Below are positions 55,261-64,000 of a stretch of 64,000 nucleotides of DNA, one piece after another. The DNA is from Chrysomallon squamiferum (Eukaryota; Animalia; Mollusca). Both the position numbers and the translations under genes were made by a program. The DNA is taken from NCBI GenBank assembly GCA_012295275.1, contig CM022670.1, positions 13,702,001 to 13,766,000 of the forward strand, read 5' to 3'. The notes under the pieces are model-generated. The model made no database searches, was not told the DNA's origin, and was given only the letters and a program-made list of their open reading frames with translations. Each line of letters starts with the position of its first letter. Position 1 is the first letter of the stretch.

Positions 55261-58200
55261 TGAATCCATGTGTGTCTCTGTCTGTCTGTTCATCCATTCT
55301 TCAGTCCATGTACTTGTAGGCCTGTAATGTATGTGTATGTTATATATAATAAGCAGATGGATCAAATGACAGTGAAGATGAAAAAACAAGAAGAAAAGCA
55401 ATAGCTATCCTGAAATCAGGATCTGATGAAGAATGTTCAATTTGTTTGGATAGAATTAAATCACCTGTTGTCACACAATGTGCACATATCTTCTGTCAGA
55501 AATGTATCCAAGATGTCATTGACAAACAGAAGGTCTGTTCCTCTAGTAGAAACATTTTGTTGTTTTTCTTGTAAAGTTTTATAACACTAGTGTATAATAA
55601 CTAATGTAAAGTGTGATTAAATATCCTTTCATTCATTTATTTTTCACCTTTTCCTTTTCTAAATATATATCAGTTAGTTAGGTACAATTATACATGTAAA
55701 ACAATTAGCAAACGAAAAAAAATCTAATCAATTCACAACATGAATCAGCTGAATTTTGTTTAAAACCTTAAATACCTTATCTTAGATAATATAAACAGTG
55801 AAATAAATTTATCACATACTTCACTGAAGGATCAGTTAAATAATTTTATGGATAATTAAATCTTCTTTTCCATTATTTATTGTTTATTACCACCCTGTGT
55901 GAATGTCTTTTTGCCATTCATGTATGTTTTAAAGCACATAGTTACTGTTTGCAGTCCAATACAACATGTCCACTGTGTAGAAAAGATTTAAGTCAGGATG
56001 ATTTGATTGAGGTCAACCTGGATGATGATGAAACACCCTTTGTCATTCCAGACAACTGGAAATCAAGTGCCAAGGTATTTCAGATACTTTTAGATAATCT
56101 CATTCTTGGTAAATGTTCTAGATAATAAACGTTTTTTGTTTTGGATTATTTTAAAATCCAGTAATCAAGAATGTTATCTGCAGACCAGATGTTCCAAGTT
56201 AGAGGTCTGTAATAGATTATATACAAACAAAATATGTTAATATGTTAATATATACAATTATCCATTTACACAAAATATTTGACACATTCTGCAACAGTAA
56301 AAACATTAGTAACTATTCCAGACATGAACTATTATAATCTAGACACTGATTATAGTAATCTAGACACTGAGTATGGTATTCTAGATTTGATTATCATATT
56401 CTGGACTAAATCTTTTAGTGACTCCTCTTACCAACCATGATTTTGATTTCCTTTTGAATTAGAAGACAATCTCCAGTACACTGTACCATTATTTCATTAT
56501 TTACTCCTTCCATAATTAATTTCTTTTGCCATTAGACAGCAAAACCAGCAATTGTAATATTGGGTGCTTTTCATTATCAGAAACCTACACCAATACAGTG
56601 ATTAACATTCCAAATATAAAAATCGTTAACAAGAATATAGGTCTTGTATTTTAAAGCATAGTTTAAAATATTAGTAAATATCTTTGAGTAAATATTTAAT
56701 TTAATTGTGTTTTTTTTTTCAGATTGATGCTCTTATGAAATCACTGATCAAACTGCGAGAGGAAGATGTCAAAATAAAAAGTGTGGTCGTCTCTCAATTC
56801 ACCAAATTTCTTGATCTCATAGAAATTCCTCTACGGTAAAATATTACTTTTACTAATGTTAATTCTACCACTACTACTACAACTATTACTGCTACAATTA
56901 CTACTAATATTAGTATTATTAGTGCTGATAACAGCAACAGTAACAATATTACATTTCATCATCATCATTGTGATGCAGCCATCTTTTTCCATTTTTGGGC
57001 AAAAGCCTCAGTATGATGCTTCCACATCTTTCTGTCTTGCACTATCCTCTGCCAGATGGCTCCTTTCCAGTACAGCATGACCTTCCAAGACCTTCATTTT
57101 ATTTCATACCAAGATGTTTGTCTTCTGGTCCTGATATGTAAAATTTAACATACTTTTTTGTGTTTATTTCAGACACAATGGTTTTAAGTTTGGACGTCTT
57201 GATGGTAAAATGTCACCACCAGCTCGAAAAAAAGCCATCCAGACTTTCATGGATGAATCTCCTGATTCACCAACCATTTTCCTTTTGTCCTTGAAAGCTG
57301 GAGGCCTTGGCCTCAATCTGATAGCAGCTTCCAGAATGTTTGTAATGGAACCAGTGAGTAGAGTTCAGAAATTACATTTTTATGTCATAAATACTTTTTT
57401 TATGTACAATCACCAACTCTTCAGTGCACAGTAACTATTTGTAGTTTTAATAGCTGATAGGCTTAGTGTATAAATTATAAAATTAGCCATGGACCAATGT
57501 TTACAAAAGTATTTAATTAGATCAGCAGATGTTAAAAGTTCAGTGATATCATTTTTCACATACTGAAAATGTTTTTGAAAATGTGATGAATAGAAACATT
57601 TGGTCAAACAAGCAATACTATTTATTTTAAAGAATGATTATACCAGACATCATTATCATAACTTAAATGATAACTTGATGAGAATTTTTACAGAATGATG
57701 ATCTAAATTGTAAACATCTGATAAATGAACATTAAAATCAGAATTTCTTTTAATTTTGAAATTTAAGCTTGTGATACTCTAGATTATTAGTCATGGTAAC
57801 ATTTTATTTTAATGATTTTTAATTAGAATAAGTTCTTAGAAGATTCAAGTTCCAAAGCCAACTACTTCATTAGAAATGCATTTCTCAGTCTAGCCTGTGC
57901 TTTTCATTTAACATTTTCACCTGCAGGCTTGGAATCCTGCTTCTGAAAATCAGTGCTATGACAGAATTTACAGACTTGGGCAGAAAAATGACGTCATCAT
58001 TACAAAGGTTAGTGAGAAGCTATTGTTTGACGATGTCTGTTTGATGCAGTATTTAAGAATGAATGATATTTCAGTTGACAGAGCACAGACAGCAGTATAA
58101 TTTCAAATTAAAAACACACATATATTTTTGTTTCAGTTTCATATTGAAAATAGTGTTTAGTTAATTTTAATTATATTAAGTTTGGCAAAAATGTTCTAGT

Positions 58201-58980
58201 ATTTGTAAACCAAACATAACATCTGTCTGTTTTTATAGAATAAAGAAGTATACCTAAACCTTCTAGAGTTCTTGTTTTATCATAAACAATAAACACTTGC
58301 TACATGTCATTTAATGGTCACATCTGAGATGAAATGTCATTCACAAGAAACATTTCATTCCACTGTTGTCTCTTGAACAGTTAATTCATTCAAATGACTG
58401 ATCCTGGTTTATAGTTAAACATTTGTTTTTATACTTCCAAGGTTCACTGAATGACCAAGTCGTTGTTGTAATTCTTGTTTTGAGAGTAAAGCTTCACTTA
58501 ATAAAATGTGTCAGTAATGTAAGATGATTGCTAGAATTTCCCTTCACTCTTGCTTTACTCACTTTCATGTCTTATAGAGAAATGAAGAAAAAATTTGTAA
58601 TAAACAAAAAAATCCTTTAAATTGCACATATCTGCTTATGAGTTGTCTTCTTCTTTTTTTTTTTTTAAATCTACGCTAGATAAATATAATAATGTCAATT
58701 AAAATCTGGTTTTAACAAAGTCAGAAGAAAAAGTTTATTAAACATTTTTTTTAAGATAGTTCAATTCAGTTTCACTGCAATTCATTGACTTTGATTTATT
58801 TTGTTAATTATATATATATTTCTTTATTTCCAGTTTATAATTGAGGACTCTATTGAGGAGAGGATGTGTGCTCTTCAGGAAAAGAAACGTGAGCTGATGA
58901 AGGGAATTTTCAAAATGCAGACAAATAAAGAAAGAAGATCTGATAGGATTGCATTCATCAGATCTCTTCTTAACTTGTAG
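41115..58980 (+). CDS. HLTF: HLTF/RAD5-like copy 3, catalytic core intact, divergent HIRAN, expanded repeat linker
   Basis: Exons: 41115-41294, 41823-41983, 42791-42917 (HIRAN), 43147-43209, 44054-44222, 44388-44524, 45705-45843, 46120-46198, 47033-47118, 47713-47792, 48110-48206, 48444-48596, [48947-49028 and 49956-50049 are duplicated exons, out of frame unless both are skipped], 50487-51200, 51853-51929, 52424-52570, 53237-53372, 53916-54051, 54506-54685, 54902-55020, 55357-55532, 55955-56074, 56723-56835, 57173-57353, 57927-58007, 58834-58980 (TAG). All helicase motifs and 8 RING ligands are present. Confidence 0.92.
44567..44976. mobile_element. Same MITE-like element, internally deleted, in copy 3 intron
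   Basis: Left GGGGAATCTGGGGACAGATGAGC, right GCTCATTGGTCCCCAGTCTCCCC (inverted); same position as 283-1102. Confidence 0.55.
46733..46872. repeat. Same 23-bp minisatellite, ~6 units, copy 3
   Basis: Same unit variants and same flanks as 23115-25409. Confidence 0.9.
49240..49500 (-). mobile_element. Possible decayed integrase Zn-binding (Gypsy/Ginger-like) fragment in copy 3 intron
   Basis: Minus strand IPLGGHFGLN...SVSQ..RKDLASNIVY resembles the integrase H2C2 GGHFG motif; insert absent from the homologous intron at ~47990. Confidence 0.3.
50487..51200 (+). CDS. 714-nt in-frame exon of 30/33/39-bp coding tandem repeats (DLSSxEPKES / NGDSPSLEPAR)
   Basis: CAG acceptor at 50484-50486 and GTAGGT donor at 51201; phase 1-1; open for 238 codons; 3' end (DELLSNEEDAVT.SE) homologous to exons 4524-4709, 27649-27768 and 48444-48596. 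Confidence 0.8.
56957..57079 (-). mobile_element. RTE-type LINE 3' fragment, copy 3
   Basis: Nearly identical to 34775-34897, same intron. Confidence 0.55.
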
Positions 58981-58987
58981 CTCACAG

Positions 58988-59115
58988 AATCAGAGGCATT
59001 GTTATTTTGTAAATCAGTGAATCAGAGGCATTGTTATTTTGTAAATCAGTGAATCAGAGGCATTGTTATTTTGTAAATCAGTGAATCAGAGGCATTGTTA
59101 TTTTGTAAATCACAG
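58988..59115. repeat. 32-bp x4 tandem repeat in copy 3 3'UTR
   Basis: AATCAGAGGCATTGTTATTTTGTAAATCAGTG starting at 58988, 59020, 59052, 59084; one unit in copy 1 (~13000). Confidence 0.92.
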
Positions 59116-59365
59116 AATCAGAAAAATGTTAATCCACATGATTTAGATAAAAAAATAAAATAATGAAAATGAACTGTGAAGGATAAATGTGTGAAAAGTG
59201 AATATAAACAGCAACAAAATAAAACCAAAAAAAAACAAAACATTTACTGTCACCTTTCAACAGACTGAAGTGTTTCATTAAGCAGTTTGAGAACCTCATT
59301 ACTACAACCACATCTTTGTCTTTCATCGTTTCTGCGTGCATCTATCTATTGTATACATATGTATG

Positions 59366-59398
<33 letters not shown>

Positions 59399-60177
59399 GT
59401 TAATGTATTTTATATTTGTGTATATGATATATATATACATGTATGTATGTATTAATGTGTCGTGATAATGATTATATAATAATAAAAATATTCTCTCATG
59501 TTTAATGTATGCAAAATGTGTGCATCTGTTTTTTTACAGGAAAACTGGCACTGGCAAGTATGTATTTGTTTTTAGAATTTTTATTATTCTCTGTCACATG
59601 TATGTCTGTATGTATGTATGTGTATATTTATGTGTATGTATGTGTTTATATGTGTGTAGAGCAGTCGCCCAGTCGATGTATACATATGTATGTATGTATT
59701 TATGTGTGTGTTTATGTATTTATATATATATATATATATACACACACACAAAAAGATTTTATGTTTTCTGACAATAGTTTATTACAAGATTATATCTTGA
59801 AACGTGACACTGATATAGGTAAGATGAAGATAATAAATCTTTAATAAATCACTGGCTGTAAAATACATGTAGTTTTGGGGAGGAATGCTAATGAGCATTG
59901 ATCCTTATACCTGCAACGGCTCAGTATACGTAACAGAAAACAGCGCTATACTGTTTAAAATAAAAAACAATAATACAAAGAAAATTTAGAAAGAAAAAAA
60001 AAAGGGTGAGAAAGAAAGAAAAATAAATAAATAAAAAATATCAATGTTTCAAAGTTTATATTAAGAAAAATAATTTGATTTCATTTTCACTTATTTTAAA
60101 TATTTAAAAAAATAAATAATGTTATTAAAGAATAGCACAGACTTATAGTTGTTTTAATAGTTCATAAGGGCTGCTTT

Positions 60178-60240
<63 letters not shown>

Positions 60241-61425
60241 ATTTGTATATGTGTCTGTGTGTGTACATGGTTTCCATGTGTCCATATATTTGTAAATTTA
60301 TACATAAACAACTAAACTGAAGCTGTGCAGAAATGTTATCATCTGATTAGACATAATTTATGGAATGGCAGCTTTCATCAAGTTTACAGATAAAACCTTA
60401 AATATATATATACATATATATATATATATTTGTATGTATGTGTATTTGTAAAAGGGAATAGTTAAGTGCAATTTAATGTTTGTCTTGGAAAACAAAAAAT
60501 GTAGTATATAATTATACTTGCTGCCTCACATAGCACTTAAATAATTAATAAATTTACCTTCCCTTGAATATGACGGAACAAAACCCTACTCGCAGAACCT
60601 TCTTCCTCAGAATCACCTCTGGTGCTGCATGTGTATCTTGCACTAAACCAGGGCTAACAGCTGTAACACTGAACACACGCAACACTATGATGTGCATAGC
60701 AAAATATTACCAAAACATTGCATACGGCTCAAATTCTTAATATAATGTGAGGGACTGAACTAAAAGCACAGTCTAAAGATATATATAAACACCATTAACA
60801 TGTCTGAGGTTTATTTCTTCTTGTTTACAGTAAAGTAACTGGGAAATTCCTCAAATTAATACAGGATAAACACTGTCACTAGTGCTTTCTTAAGGATCTC
60901 ATGACGGTAATGGTCTGCCAGTATTGGTCAGGGATGTGAAATGTTATCTGTGTGATTGTGGTGAAAGAGAGTTCAAGAATAAAGTGAGAATATCTGGCAA
61001 GGGAGTAAGATGTTTGAGCCAATTCTCTGCATTATAATTACTATGCTTTTATCAGGATATGTTATTATTGTATGTCATGGTGTATAAACAGGCAGAGGAA
61101 ATAAAAATGTAATTGAAAACAAACTTGTGTATTTTTTTGTGTGAGTGTGCTGTATGCACCCAGCCAAAAAAGTATAGATTTTTCAGAGGTCAATTCATAA
61201 CTATATGTATCCTTAAGTCAGACGTTAGTAAATGAGGAATTGACTTATGTATGTATGTATGTATGTATGTATGTATGTATGTATATATATTATGTATCAT
61301 TGTGTATGTATGGATAGGTGCCTGGATGTGTGTGTGTGTATGTATGCATGTATGGACACATAAATGAATCAGTGAATGAATGTATGTATGTATCTATTTT
61401 TTAATTGTTTATTATTATTATTATA

Positions 61426-61468
<43 letters not shown>

Positions 61469-61864
61469 TATTTATTTATTTTAAAAGCTATATTGTATTT
61501 AGCTATTGTCAGGCGTGAAGCATACATATTCACTGGGAACATAATATCTTGTTTATTTGAGTCACCATTTACGTTTGAATTTTTTTTATTGAATGCTCTT
61601 ACTGTGGAAGGTCGAATTCAAAACTACATACAATTCAAGAACCGCTACTCTTTTCGGAAATGTGGCAAAATGGATGATTGAAAATTTTGATGTTCAATAT
61701 TATATGAATATGATTTAAGTGTTAGCACTTCAAAATGACAAATGTGGAACCAGTGCCCGTTTCCAAACGGCTATTCTCTGCTGTTTTCTACGGAGTGTCA
61801 TCGTTTCTGATTATAGTAGTTAACAAATTGGTTTTGACGTCATTCAAGTAAGTGAAGCAAAGAC

Positions 61865-61913
<49 letters not shown>

Positions 61914-62219
61914 CAGTAACAGAAAACCCACCAAGAACAACAATCAATTAATTTTGTTTTTATGCTTTCTCCTTGCGTTTGTTGTGTGCTAACTACTAAC
62001 TACAGTAAGAGTATCATTATGAGTATCGATAGTAAAATACTATGTCTCCGAACGCCGGAACGGTACTAGTAAAAATATTATCTTACTCTTACAAGACTAA
62101 GACTAAGAGTTTTACTTTTAGCTATCAACAGTCAGAGGATGTACAAATTCTGAATATAGATATACTTAAAGTAACTTAATTATATTGTTATAATTTATAG
62201 TATAATATGATTTATTTAA

Positions 62220-62281
<62 letters not shown>

Positions 62282-62959
62282 TATATACACACCAAAAAAA
62301 CAACACAGAGTTACATAATCAGTATTATTTTATAAATTAAAAAAGAATGAAATATTTTTTTTCGTCGCATTTATGCTTATGATTATATGGTTCCATGGAT
62401 GCAGTTAATTTGGAGACACTAATAATGATTGAAGAAAGGTATCGCTATTACTGTTTAGATTAACAGAATTTATAATTTTATGAACCTTTCACTATGGTCC
62501 ATACTACCCCATACTGTGGTCTCTAGTGACTGCAACAAATTACAAAGTGTGCACCTGACACAGGACATGATTGAAAAGATTTAATCTTGTGATCAATCAT
62601 GTATCAGTCCATCATTTTACCTCGGTGTTTTGGGCAATTTTATATAATTAATTCAGTTTAATATTATAATTTTCAGAATAACGATTTCATTTAGCATATT
62701 TTTGATACTAAAATAATATAAGGATATAAAAACACTTTATAATATATTATTTTTAGATGTTTATTAATACACACAGAGTAATGTTTATAATGTTAATGAT
62801 GATTTCATAAATTAATATCTTTGATTTTAATTTTTAGCTACAATTTTGCATTTTATTTCAGGGTTCCCTTGCATTGTTATTTACTTTATTTTTGTTAAAA
62901 TATATTTATTTTCAGATTTCCATCTTTCCAGTTTTTGGCTTTGGGTCAGGTTAGCAAAA

Positions 62960-63014
<55 letters not shown>

Positions 63015-63076
63015 TGGCTTTGGGTCAGGTTAGCAAAATTTTATTATTAATATTATCATTATTATTATTATCATTA

Positions 63077-63116
<40 letters not shown>

Positions 63117-63296
63117 GCAATATATTTTATAATATATGTTATAACATTAACAAACAGTCAGTTAATAAAATTGTGTGTTTCCATGTATATTATATACATA
63201 ATATGGTGATACATTGATTGCCTTCCAAATAGTAATATTCCTCTTCCTCTCCAATTTTCCTCACTACATTCCACATACACCACCCACTCTCCTCAG

Positions 63297-63894
63297 CAGA
63301 GCCAGATTAAGCAACTGCAGGGCCTGTAGCAAAACACTACTACTGGCTAGTTACAAATGTAAATGCCACCCCTCAACCCATGCCCACTTTTATCACAGTT
63401 TTACATATAACGTAAATACATCTTAATGTTTGAACAGTCAGTCAGATTTATTGTTGAAACAAAAGGAATCTTGCCAAATGGTATTAAAATCTTGTGCATA
63501 TGACATTAAACTATAATGCAACCCCGAAAATGTGGTCAAAGTTTAGCCCACATAACAAGTGTGATTCAGGCTCAGATTAAGTTACATATTGCAACCTTCA
63601 AGATTTTATATGAGCTCAGTCTTTTATATTGGAAGTAGTGTCAACAACTCGTGTTTGATGCTCATCAATGTCAGCATATTTAAATGATTTTGGAAACTGA
63701 ATGCTCCCCCATGCAGTTTGTAACTATCATACACAAATATATTCATTATATCATTATTAGGAAAATGTGATTGCATGCTGTGATCTCTGATCAAATGGTA
63801 AATCAGCAGGTCCCAACATTTCGATTAAAAAAAAAGGTGATATGCAGGGGCCTGTAGCATTTGCTACATCTGCTACATTGTTAATCTGGCACTG
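63297..63894. mobile_element. hAT-type non-autonomous DNA transposon (MITE)
   Basis: TIRs CAGAGCCAGATTAA / TTAATCTGGCACTG, subterminal GGGCCTGTAGCA at both ends, 8-bp TSD CTCCTCAG / CTCCTCAA (7/8). Confidence 0.8.
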
Positions 63895-64000
63895 CTCCTC
63901 AATATAGGTAAAGTTCAGTTAAGCTTTCATTTATTTCATCTATATATTTTGTTTATAATTTTTGTGTGTGATGTTATACATAAAATAATGTAGATATTAT

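Noticed and set aside
104-58980. Assignment as TTF2/Lodestar, SHPRH or RAD16
   Set aside because: HIRAN, LPPFWE, SGSDEEC RING and motif VI context match HLTF; no PHD/H15 domain.

Overview
AT-rich, microsatellite-rich, intron-containing animal (invertebrate-type) genomic DNA; no prokaryotic features. The window is dominated by a head-to-tail tandem array of three + strand paralogs of HLTF/RAD5 (HIRAN + SNF2-family DNA translocase + C3HC4 RING), with a period of about 21-23 kb. Copy 1 (104-12990) is 5'-truncated by the window and has one frameshift. Copy 2 (17385-37072) has a frameshift plus two splice-site lesions. Copy 3 (41115-58980) has an intact catalytic core. The copies are near-identical in most helicase exons but diverge sharply in the HIRAN domain (21/42 aa differences versus 1 silent change in one exon). 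Copy 3 has lost the HIRAN 3'-OH-binding Asp and a SUMO-interacting motif, and carries a 238-codon exon of PxLE/PxLxP repeats. Also present: a ~100-copy 23-bp minisatellite, local exon duplications, an orphan HLTF exon and EXOSC8 pseudo-exons next to a MULE remnant, RTE LINE fragments and two MITE types. Exon structures were deduced by eye from GT/AG sites, reading phase and recalled similarity to human HLTF; none is confirmed by transcripts.
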